From: Catajapyx aquilonaris | Lineage: Eukaryota | DNA length: 34,960 nucleotides | Reading direction: 5' to 3' | NCBI GenBank assembly: GCA_000934665.2 | Contig: KZ539053.1 | Span: forward strand, 1 to 34,960 | Shown: positions 25,475 through 34,960 of the stretch, piece after piece | Numbering within the stretch: the stretch's first letter is position 1 | How the letters are laid out: every line of letters starts with the position of its first letter | Notes under the pieces: model-generated | What the model was told of the DNA's origin: nothing | Seen by the model: only the letters and a program-made list of their open reading frames with translations | Database searches by the model: none | Made by a program: the position numbers and the translations under genes

Positions 25475-26115
25475 CTCGTTTTCGTCATCAACACCAATAT
25501 CACCACCACTGTCTTCTTCAAGGTACATGCAATAAATTATTAAAAATTCATCCACAAGTGTTATGCAATATTTGATATTTGAGACCCTCCGCCCGCAACG
25601 TTACGCATTCATAGTGTTTTCCATGAATGGGTAATCGTTGTCTTTATCTAAGAGTAGGCGTAAGCTAAGATCTGGGCGATTTTGGCCTAGCTGGTAGCGA
25701 AGGGGTTAACCGAGGAAACACAAGAACAGAAGAAATTATACAGAAAACAAGTCCTTGGAATTTTGTTGGAGGGGAGGGATGGAAAAACCAGTTTCCTCGA
25801 TCAAAATATTTTCATAATGAGGCGCATTAGGTGTGCAGAAATTCGCTACTGACAAGAAAAATCACTTCCTGATATTGGCGTGATGAGGCCCTGAAGATGA
25901 GCATGCGTGCAGAACTGCCTGATTTGGGGGGGACCGATGATTTGTTTCTCGCCTAGGTATTAGAACTGAGTCGCATATTTCATGGTACATTTTTCACTTC
26001 CCGACTAAAATATTTCCAGTTTCTCGACTCAAATGAGCGCTTCAAATATAATTACACGCGTAATCACGCTATTAACACATCAGGCTGCCAGCTTCAGTAA
26101 GCGCAATTACTATAT

Positions 26116-26302
26116 AAAAAAACAAACAAACAAAAACAACATCTCGAGTCTACAAAATGAGCCCTACAGCTACATTTAGACACAACATTTAATCAGAAAA
26201 CAACTCGAAAAAAAAGTGGTGGAAACATGCCAGAATAGGACCCTTCTCCTAAAAAAAATAAGGAGAACAACCTTTTGTGCTTGAAGTCCCTGCTGCTTTA
26301 TT
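26116..26302 (-). terminator. Candidate polyadenylation region of the LARGE-like mRNA
   Basis: On the minus strand, AATAAA (26302-26297) and ATTAAA (26193-26188) follow the stop. A GU/U-rich tract (GTTGTTTTGTTTGTTTGTTTTTT, ~26140-26116) lies ~50 nt past the ATTAAA. Motif evidence only. Confidence 0.35.
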
Positions 26303-26388
26303 TTTGGATCATAGCTGGGGATAAACTTTTTTTCAAAACTGTTATGTAGCTAATCCATGCTAAATACAGGGAAAAATTTCCTACCATG

Positions 26389-26467
26389 TTATTTGTCCAC
26401 GCTGAACACTTTGTGGTATCGCTTGGTGAGGTCTTCCACAAATTCTTTCTTCAGCACCTTCAAACAT
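26389..26467 (-). CDS. LARGE: Terminal coding exon of the LARGE-like gene: (K)CLKVLKKEFVEDLTKRYHKVFSVDK*
   Basis: A pyrimidine-rich acceptor (ttgtttcacttttacAG) ends at 26468. The first exon base A completes codon AA|A (Lys) from the upstream exon, giving QYRKCLKVLKKEFVEDLTKRY. This parallels the vertebrate LARGE1 C-terminus as recalled ([21 protein letters not shown]). Stop TAA is at 26391-26389. Confidence 0.9.
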
Positions 26468-27676
26468 CTGTAAAAGTGAAACAAGCAATTAGACCACTCA
26501 AAACCTACACCTTGAAAGTGGCTTAACATAATTTTCATTAAACAAATCATTATGCCGAGATTCTCTTTACTGAATGCTATGTCTACATTCCTGCGTAACA
26601 GTGAATGTACAGAGTATGATGTAAGTGTAACCCATTTTGTGTACAGCATTGTGTACTTTTGTTTAAAAAAAACATACTGTATATTAGTCACGGAAACACT
26701 GCTCACACTTGCAAATGTATCAATATAAAAGTTCCGCAATAATTAAGTCATAGCACACAGACCGAGTCTCACCGTCATTAATGCCAAAACAGTCATCCTG
26801 CAGATTATGCAACTTGTCATCGTCCCTTGGGTGGGTATGACACTCTTGCTGTATTGTATATTAACATCGTGTCTTGTGCATTTTAAAGTGTTTATAATTT
26901 TCATATGCAAATAATGCAATGAAACCACCTATAACTGACCCTGAAATCAGCGAAAACTGACATCAAATGTATTATTTCACATATAACGAAATCCTGCCCA
27001 GTACGAAACTCTCAGAAGACGTCCCACTTAAGTTTGAGGTAGATTTCAAAAATATTAGAGATTTCTCTTAATTTTCAGGCAATTACTGCCGTTTACTTAT
27101 CATTAAACTGGTTGCTCGAGTTAACATTCCATAACGTCTTCATTTACACGTTACACGTCAGTCTTAAACTGGGGATTTGGGCAGTGCCTGTATACAGTAT
27201 TGTTTCCCATGTGGTTAGTCCTCAAACCTGTATATTATTATATTGCTTTCCAAATTTTAGTCGATTCAGGCGATTTCCAGTCCATTATGGAAGTAATTAC
27301 TCATTAAGGTGACAGACGTAATGGGGTCATCCTAAGGGTTTTGCCACTCCCAACATACAACTTCCCTTGATGCAAGGGTCACCTGATGCACAGATGACCC
27401 TCGTGTGTAGGTGTGACATTAACATGCCATTATCTCCGTAATTATTCGCGGCCAATGCACTAATTCTATTTAATCACAATAGCGAATTTGATTGGTACCT
27501 GTCTTGAAATGTGGATGTGGATTGATTCCAAATCAGGTGTTGGGCAACATTAATGGAAGAGAATGGTCCTGTTGTCCAACCAGATCACCCACCGCGATAA
27601 CTGAGTGCGATATGAGTCGGAAAGACGTGAAGTTGTCCGACAGTCAGAGCATTGTTGCGCTGCGTTCGAGGTCTGA

Positions 27677-28024
27677 CGAATGCCGACCACGCAACAAAGC
27701 GATGAGGATAGAGAGGGCAGGTGGCTCCTGACGCTTAGTGGTGGACGGAAGCGGAAGCCCTGATGCGTGGTGCCAGAAAGTACACATTCAAATAAGGGAG
27801 CCATAATAAATGGGACGTGGAAACACCGTTACAGGGCTGGCGCAACTACCTGAGGCCCAGGCGCCAGTGTGTCCGGATGAACTGGTCCAACACAGCTTAC
27901 TCTTTTAAGGCGATGGAACTGGGGGCAAACATACCAAAAAGAAGCGACCGAATGCCGACCACGGAACAAAGCGATGAGGATAGAGAGGGAAGGTGGCTCC
28001 TGACGCCTAGTGGTGGACGGAAGC
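27677..28024. repeat. 76-bp direct repeat pair (27677-27752 and 27949-28024), 272-bp period
   Basis: CGAATGCCGACCACGSAACAAAGCGATGAGGATAGAGAGGGMAGGTGGCTCCTGACGCYTAGTGGTGGACGGAAGC occurs twice with 3 mismatches. Confidence 0.92.
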
Positions 28025-28912
28025 TCAACCTACGCCCAACTACCTGATGTGCCTGGCCTGGCCACACGAGCTTGATAATCCCCCCGCAACTCCCTATATA
28101 CGTAGCATACGGGGAAGGTCGTGGTTGCGCTCCCCTCACATGGTAGAATGTTCTATTTGGCGCTGGCGTCTCTCGGCGTCGCTCCACAGAGCACAACTTT
28201 TTAGGGTCACGTTCGGGCGGACGCTTTTCTGAACCAACCTGGACCATTCTTCCCAATGCAGCTCGGTCAGTAGGGAAAGTCGCAGAGCCAGCCACCCGAA
28301 CCAAGGCCCGAAGTTGTAATCTGTGGAGGACGGCAGCACCAAGCCCGTGCGCAACTAACGCACTGGGGGAAGGAGTTGCCAGTTGCGCGACTTGAGTAAT
28401 AGGAAGTGCTCTCGCCCTTGGTCCCGGTTAGTATGTGAATAAGCACGCCTCGACATCCACCAGTGACGTCACCGCTACGGATGAGGAACATGGAAACGCA
28501 CCCTCTGTCATTTCGTACAAAAGGAAGGATGGGGTGGGGGATGGGGTGGGGGCCGGGGGGCATGGCCGGGAGGTGTAAGCAGATGTGAGCGGGCGCGGGC
28601 GCGGGCGGTGGGGCCAGCGGGTGGGGGGCCGGGCGTGCTGAGTACGGGAGTGGAGGTGATGAGAGTGGGGCAGTGTGTAGCTCAGGCGACCGCAGCTCTA
28701 CTCTGTCGGGTGGGTGGCGAAACAATCCGGTGGGGTTGCGGATTCAGTTTATTGGCTTTATCTCAAAAACGGCTGGGAAATTCGCGATTACGAGGGTTTC
28801 TGGCATAACTAATTCAGGGGCAAGGAATCCAACTCAGAGATCTCTGCGACGACGGGAAGTGCTAAATCTTTTCCCTCTTACATCCTCCTCCTCCTCTGAT
28901 AGGGGCTTTATA

Positions 28913-29206
28913 CATGGTGTTAATCCTAAGCGCGTCACCAGACAAGGTGGTGGTAGAGGGCGCAGGTGTGAGCATTTTTGCATAAGGAACTAGGGGTCGG
29001 AAACGCACCCTCACCGAGTTACGCCCCTTTCAAGTTTGCGGCAGGCAGTGTGCAAGAGCCGTGCGGCACGCGGCGGATGAGTGGGTGATGGGCAGATGGG
29101 GGCTTGGCAAGTGCGTTTCCGACCCCTAGTTCCTCATGCAAAAATGCTCACACCTGCGCCCTCTACCACCACCTTTTCTGGTGACACGCTTAGGATCAAC
29201 ACCCTG
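28913..29206. mobile_element. Tc1/mariner-type MITE (294 bp) with ~95-bp TIRs and TA target duplication, inside the LARGE intron
   Basis: TA|CATGGTGTTAATCCTAAGCGCGTCACCAGACAAGGTGGTGGTAGAGGGCGCAGGTGTGAGCATTTTTGCAT...GGAAACGCAC pairs with GTGCGTTTCCGACCCCTAGTTCC...GCTTAGGATCAACACCCTG|TA, with few mismatches. Confidence 0.9.
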
Positions 29207-29665
29207 TATATACTGGATACTGGACTGGATGTAACAGTCTTGCTTCGGGCATACATGTGGCCCTACTTCGAATTTCGAGAGTAACAACATTGGACAGAAT
29301 TCCCTCCCAATCTAACAAATACCTACCAGTGTGATGTACTGTACATATGAAATACTTTGGGGATGGCTCCTAATGTAAGGATTATTATACATTGTAAACA
29401 GCCACAGAACAAAATGCATGTGAATATGAAGTTCAGGCTCCCACCACACCGTTTCGGACTGAAAATGCACGCTAGCCGAATCGGGCTGTGAATTTGAAAA
29501 CAACCTGAGCCTCATTAATCAGAATGCACAGGGAGTAGCAAAAACACGATCATTATAAGTCACGCTTTCGAAATCTGTGCAGCCAGTCAGAAATAAAGCC
29601 ATCAAAGCGAATTCAGACTTTTAAGTATGAGTTACAGCTGTGCGAACTGCATCTTCATCAACATC

Positions 29666-30316
29666 ACCATCATCACCATCACATTTGTGTTGTTGTAAAG
29701 GTTCTTTAATAAGATGTCTCAAAATAATTTTATAATAATCTCACCAAGTGGTAGGAAGGTTTTTCCATATCCCTTCTGGGCCATTCAACTGCTAACATCA
29801 CAATATGACCCTTAGAGTGTTATGTAACGCCTCAATGGAGCTGATTGGGAATTGCCCCTGAAGGGGGACCTTCCTGCATTACTTTGGTTGCCCCAGGTTC
29901 GGGTTCCCGCCCGTGGTCCACGGGGAAAGGTGGGAACACTTGAATGAGCCAGGGTTCCTATAGTGGGGTGTAGGACTAGGCTTGATGCATATCCGCCGCT
30001 GGTAGGCGTGGTGTGTACCGGCCACTGAGGTACTGGGTTAGGCCTGATGCGTACCCGCCACTGGTAGGCGCGGAATGTATCGGCCACTTAGGTACTAAGC
30101 CTGATGCATATCCACCCCTGAAAGGCGTAGTGTGTACCGATGGTTAGTTATTTACCATCATCACCATCATATTTGTGTTGTTGTAAAGGTTCTTTAATAA
30201 GTCTCAAAATAATTTTATAATAATCTCACCGAGTGGCAGGAAGGTTTTTCCATATCCCTTCTGGGCCATTCAATTATTGCTAACATGTAACATCACAATA
30301 TGACCCTTAGTGTTAT
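29666..30316. repeat. ~160-bp direct duplication (29666-29823 and 30154-30316) flanking a 330-bp insert
   Basis: Both copies read ACCATCATCACCATCAYATTTGTGTTGTTGTAAAGGTTCTTTAATAAG...GGAAGGTTTTTCCATATCCCTTCTGGGCCATTCAA...CATCACAATATGACCCTTAG..TGTTAT, with a few substitutions and small indels. Confidence 0.92.
29977..30139 (+). repeat. Tandem repeat, ~57-62-bp unit, ~2.7 copies, each able to form a hairpin
   Basis: Units start at 29977, 30039 and 30096, with approximate consensus TARGCYTGATGCRTAYCCRCC...GGCG...TGTAYCG(GCCACT.AGGTACT). Confidence 0.85.
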
Positions 30317-33300
30317 AATTATATGCCACTCTAATTTTTCCTCACATGTAAAGGATGTAGGTGTACGTATCTATAAGTTTACCAAAATCCAGGTCAAATT
30401 GTAAATTGCTGTTTGATAATTATGGCACTTGAAGCAAATATAACAACAACAACAACATCATCATCATCACATTTCCCTATAAGGGGTAGTCAGCAATGAA
30501 GGGAGACGAAAGTTAACCCCACATATGAACTAAATTAAAAATTGTCAAAATAAAACTATAAACTACCCGTCCCACCCCCCACCCCTGCCCATCTCAGACG
30601 ACAGACAGGGTGGCAGGTACCCCGAGCAACATGTGCCGGCCATCAGGATCCTGTCCATCCAGTCCGACACCTTGGCCGCCCGGTTGACTTCACCCCCTCC
30701 CTAAGTTAAGGCATGCATGCCATACTCCGCTGCGGACCGAGCGTCGGGGCTCTCACCGCCCACCCGATCCCGCCTGGTGTCTGTAATTATCTGCGTGAAT
30801 GGTTCTGTCATCTCCTGTGTACTTCCCTCCTCTTCCACTACTCACCCCCAAATATTAACTAAAAAATTGAAGGAAAGGAAGGGTTGACATGTGCATCAGA
30901 TTTCAGCTCACATAAGCAGAAATTGTACAGACTCTCCTGAGTGAAGGTGATACTGTTGTGCTTTAACTACCCACCTATATCATCTGAGCAGCAGGGTCAA
31001 AGATGCACTCCCCCATGCACAAATCCACTCTCTTGCAGTCAGAGGGACCAATGTAATTTATGTGCATATGTGACATTACCACCATAGGGATGATAGCAAA
31101 AATATGGTGTCCCCCTTCCCGTTTCAGTTTCGAAATTTTAATGAAGTTGTAGTTTAAAATGAGTCATAATTTTGCTTAAGTTTCCCACAATACTCATGAG
31201 ATACTCCCCATCAACTCAAACTGTCATTTTAAAAAGTTGCATCATAATGTAGTTCCACATGTACATTTTTTTTCTTCAAATTGGACAAATTGGGCAGAAA
31301 TTTTAAAATGTTGCAATTACAAATCTGATGCATCTTTTAATCTTAATATACTGTCAAAAAAATTGAATAGGGTGTTTGCTTCCAGGGTTGTAGGAGTGAT
31401 TGTCATTGTATAGTAGCATCACATGCTATTTGTTGAAAAAATATATTTTTATAAATGTTCACATGGCTTTAGAGCAGAAAGTGAAACAGGGCAATTGAAT
31501 GCACAGGTATGTAATTCCACTAGCAATCAAGAGGAAAAGATGTGGTGATTCCACTTTTTACTCATAAGTAATTTCAACTGCCATTGGCTGTAAATGGTGC
31601 AGGGGTAGTAATTGCCCTGAGAGACAAAGGACCTGAAGGAAGACAGCACAGCAGACATGTTATGATTCAATTATACTGTATACAGATTAATAAACCAATA
31701 ACTTCTTATTTCTACAAATTTTGTCTAAGTAATTCTCATCAATCGACGTAATGTCTCCCAACATCTATATCGATTGTTCTCATTCTGCATAAAATAATGC
31801 AATGAAAATTCATTTTCAAAGGTCACCTGGCATCCAACTACATAAGAAAGTTCATAGTGCCCACCACTCTTGACCAATTTCAATGAAATTTTGAGGTGTC
31901 CAAAAGAGGAAGAATCGGTGGTCAGCATACCTTTATCAGAATTTTAGTTCAACATCCCCTGGGTGAAAAAAGGTCAGTGTATGGAACTGCCTCGGCATGC
32001 TGGAGAAATGGGTAGACACTTTTCCCTAGATTATATCACAGTGTATGTAAAAGGCATGTGATATATGTTAATACTTTTTTTTAAAGAAGGGCATTAGCCA
32101 GTTCCTATTGCACTTTCTGAACATTTTCCCAATCAGAAACGAGAAAAAAATTCGAATTCTAAAATATTGAAAGAAATGATGACAAACAACCAATGAGAAC
32201 ATTAGGACTCAATTGCTGCTACAAAAGCAGAACGGATAAATGTTGAAAAGATAAATGCCACTCAATTGATCGCTCACATAGTGCTCTATTCTCCAAACAA
32301 TGTATTTTACATTCATTTGTGGAATTCATGGTAGCAAATCCTCTCAGAAGACAATTAAAGATAAATGAAATTATTTTTGAATGCCACCACTCCAGGCATG
32401 GCTCTTGCTCCTTCCCTTCTTACCTCCTAGCATGGTACCTCGCTATTCTAGATTTTAAAACTGAACTGTCTAGTGCAAAGCACACTTCCTTATGGGTGTA
32501 TAGGTACAGGCAGTCACAGCCCATTCAGCTAAAAAAAAAACTTTTTTCGGATGTCCATTTAAATGGACATTTCGTCTCAGGAAGAAGAAAAAATTACCAG
32601 TTCTCTACAGCAACAAAGATTGTCAGACACATCTTTTCGTATTTCCTAATGCACATTCCTTGTGAATCCCAGGACATTCGCTGCATTGTCGAAAATCGCA
32701 CTTTATATATGAGTTAAAAAATAAAACTTATCAGATGAGCGCCTATCTTCAGCAGCAGCATCCGCCATTTTATCCGCGATTCAATTTTCGCGGCCCAAGT
32801 CAGATATTCGACACTAGGTGGCTACACCTATTGAGGCCAGATTGTAATCATGGGATACCAACAGATTACAGTTCTGTTGGCATCACTAGTTGGCGCCAGA
32901 AAAACCTTTCCAAATGTCCATTGTAATGGACGTCTCGTCTCAGGAGGATATGCAGACTCGCATTTAAAAATTCTTGATTGCTGGAGGGGACTAATTCAAG
33001 CATATCCTTTAGGCAGACCTTGTTTGGCATCATACAAGGTAAGTACATGTCAATTTTGATTGAGAATCATACAATAATTAAGAATTTATGCAGGAATGTT
33101 TGGGTTCGGTTTCGGGAGAATCACCTGGTATAATAATTCATATCGATCATGTTTCCACTCAATCCAGGGTCCTCGACAGCCAGATTTCATTGCATAAGAG
33201 TGGACCAAATAACTCTGACCTCCACATCCTGGTATGTCATGCTTGCCCCAACCCCTACTCTCTACCAGCATGACATATTTTATAGATGATATGAAAATGG

Positions 33301-33383
33301 AAATTTTTAATTTTGTGATAAATTTCCCTCATCCTTGCTAAATTTCAAAAGTTACAAGAAAAAAACATGCAAATAATACTCAC

Positions 33384-33943
33384 TTTCTGTATTGCACGGA
33401 GCTCCTGAACTTGGCAATGTCAAAACTGGGTGCATGGGGCATGTGCACTATGAAGGCATTGGGAAGCACTATGAACTCATAGCCCTGGGCCTCCAGCTCC
33501 ATTACATGTGACACTTTGTTCCAGCCGAAACCGACAAAACGTGTATCATAGTCTGGCACATCCTTCCTCACTACCATGTATGGCTCAAAGTCTGCCTCCC
33601 ACTGAACCTTGTATGGTGTAGTGGCTGTCCTCCACTTGCCAAAATTGGTGGGTGCATGCCCCTTAGTCCACACATGGTACCTGAATGTAAAAAGGGTGCC
33701 CATGTCCAGCATGTGCAAAAGTTCTGCCTTGCTCTTTGGAAAACTAATGCGGTATCGTTGTGTCTCAAAGGCAGGCACTATCAGTGCCTTCCGTGATGCC
33801 TCCATGTTGAGCACCTGGACTGATTTCTTGAGGTAGGAATACATTCCATACATGGGGAGGAAGTCAATGTCTGTCAGGAACACATATGGGGTGTTAACTT
33901 GCTGCAGAGCCACATTTCGTAGAAAGTTCACTGGATAGAAGTT
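33384..33943 (-). CDS. LARGE: Penultimate coding exon of a LARGE-family xylosyl- and glucuronyltransferase (C-terminal GT49 glucuronyltransferase domain). Upstream exons lie beyond the right edge of the window.
   Basis: The translation [33 protein letters not shown]...[13 protein letters not shown]...[36 protein letters not shown]...[12 protein letters not shown]...[27 protein letters not shown] matches LARGE1/2 as I recall them (FYPVNLLRN, DIDF DxD motif, [16 protein letters not shown]). The acceptor is ...cttacAG (33945-33944, phase 0) and the donor is GTGAGT (33383-33378, phase 2). Length 560 nt = 186 codons + 2. Confidence 0.96.
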
Positions 33944-34233
33944 CTGTAAGATACAAAAGCAGTTGATGTAACATTAGCAACTTCAGTGTTTACAATGGGG
34001 TTCGAACCTATTTTGCAAATCCAATATGTAAAAAATCGGGCTTATTTTTAAATGAATTTTGGTGTTTTTTGTTTGAAGAAATAAATATTAGTCTTCGAGC
34101 TATGATCAATCTAAGATCATAATAATTATACGGTATCGTATTGCCCTCTGACGTCACTCGAGTCAAAAAATAAACATGCAGAGGCAAGAATGCACCCGGG
34201 TTGCTTTGTTCCTTTGTTTGCTGCCTAACAACG

Positions 34234-34303
34234 GAATCAAATGACCGCCAGTAAAGCCGAATCAAATGGGACCGCCAGTAAATACGCCGAATCGAACGAC
34301 TGC
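34234..34303. repeat. Short tandem repeat, ~25-30-bp unit, ~2.5 copies
   Basis: GAATCAAATG(GG)ACCGCCAGTAAA(TAC)GCC at 34234 and 34259, with a degenerate third start at 34289. Confidence 0.8.
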
Positions 34304-34455
34304 GAGGCAACGGCCTGCGGACGTCACTTGGGTCAGAGGCCACGCCCCCGTTTTTACCGCCAATTTGCGAGTGACTTTTAAACCCCGATAATTAATCAAG
34401 GCATGGCATTTTGGTGCCGAAAAGTGGTGGAATGCGTGTTTAGATGTATCATTGA

Positions 34456-34723
34456 GCATAAGTCTGAACCTTTTCGGATATACATATGACCGAGGGAGTG
34501 AACCACCGCAAACTTAGTCCCCGGTATCGCAGGCTTTCTCGAAGAAGCAGTGCTGGCAATTCGAATGCCTAATTATCATGGGCAGCCCATGCGGTAGCTG
34601 CAGCGCTACACAGACTGCACATTTTGTTGTGAGGAGCGACAGGCCCCGGCATTTTGGGTCTGGGGGGGNGGGGGGCGCACTACTTTCGGGCGTATGGGTA
34701 TTCAAAAAGGTTCAGACTTATGC
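34456..34723. repeat. ~45-bp inverted repeat (34456-34500 / 34678-34723), probable DNA-transposon remnant in the upstream LARGE intron
   Basis: GCATAAGTCTGAACCTTTT (19 bp) is the exact reverse complement of AAAAGGTTCAGACTTATGC. Similarity continues inward with mismatches. Confidence 0.7.
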
Positions 34724-34960
34724 GAATCGGAGAGTATTCATGTACAAATTACCCAAATCCCAGGCCAAGGCTAGGACCCCATTGCACTTTTGTCTGAAAA
34801 TGTGGAAGAGAAGCTTACTAGCACATGAATATAGTTTAATACTGACTTCTGAAAGCTGCATAATTACTTGCCCAAACCCAGAATAATTCGCTCACCCTGA
34901 TATTTCCCAGTTGAGAATATGGAAATGACGAAATATAAATTAATTGCACATAAATAGGGT

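Larger units (their letters stand above)
26468..33383 (-). other. Last intron of the LARGE-like gene (6916 bp, GT-AG, phase 2)
   Basis: Canonical GTGAGT donor and ttttacAG acceptor. Splicing restores a continuous LARGE-like reading frame. Confidence 0.88.

Noticed and set aside
26468..26739. N-terminal ~90 aa of the 116-aa ORF 26389-26739
   Set aside because: This part is intronic. LARGE similarity begins only after the AG acceptor at 26468.
27677..28024. LTR pair / TRIM
   Set aside because: No TG...CA termini, primer-binding site or target duplication are evident.
29977..30139. Possible hammerhead ribozymes or CRISPR-like array (CTGATG... units)
   Set aside because: The core reads CUGAUGC, not CUGANGA, and GAAA is not correctly placed. 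The units are contiguous degenerate tandem copies without unique spacers, and there are no cas genes.
33380..33931. ORF-track call of a stand-alone 183-aa protein
   Set aside because: The 'start' is an internal GTG (Val) and the 'stop' is the TGA within the GTGAGT donor. It is an internal exon (33384-33943).
1..34960. A novel multi-gene or prokaryotic-type system (defence island, operon, prophage)
   Set aside because: Spliceosomal gene structure, MITEs, microsatellites and very low coding density show eukaryotic intron/intergenic DNA. No transposase, reverse transcriptase, integrase or viral ORF is recognisable.

Overview
This is metazoan (probably arthropod) nuclear DNA from a draft assembly, not a prokaryotic locus. 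The only coding sequence I can support is the 3' end of a LARGE-family xylosyl/glucuronyltransferase gene on the minus strand. It has a 560-bp exon (33943-33384, GT49 glucuronyltransferase domain with its DxD motif) and a terminal coding exon (26467-26389), joined in frame across a 6.9-kb phase-2 GT-AG intron. The rest is intronic or intergenic: three MITEs with long terminal inverted repeats (TIRs), several transposon remnants, microsatellites, AT-rich palindromes, and a ~160-bp direct duplication enclosing a 330-bp hairpin-repeat insert. The first ~21 kb looks like poorly polished long-read sequence (inflated homopolymers, Ns in G/C runs), so real exons there could be hidden by indels. I found no evidence for a novel multi-gene system, CRISPR array, rRNA or tRNA.
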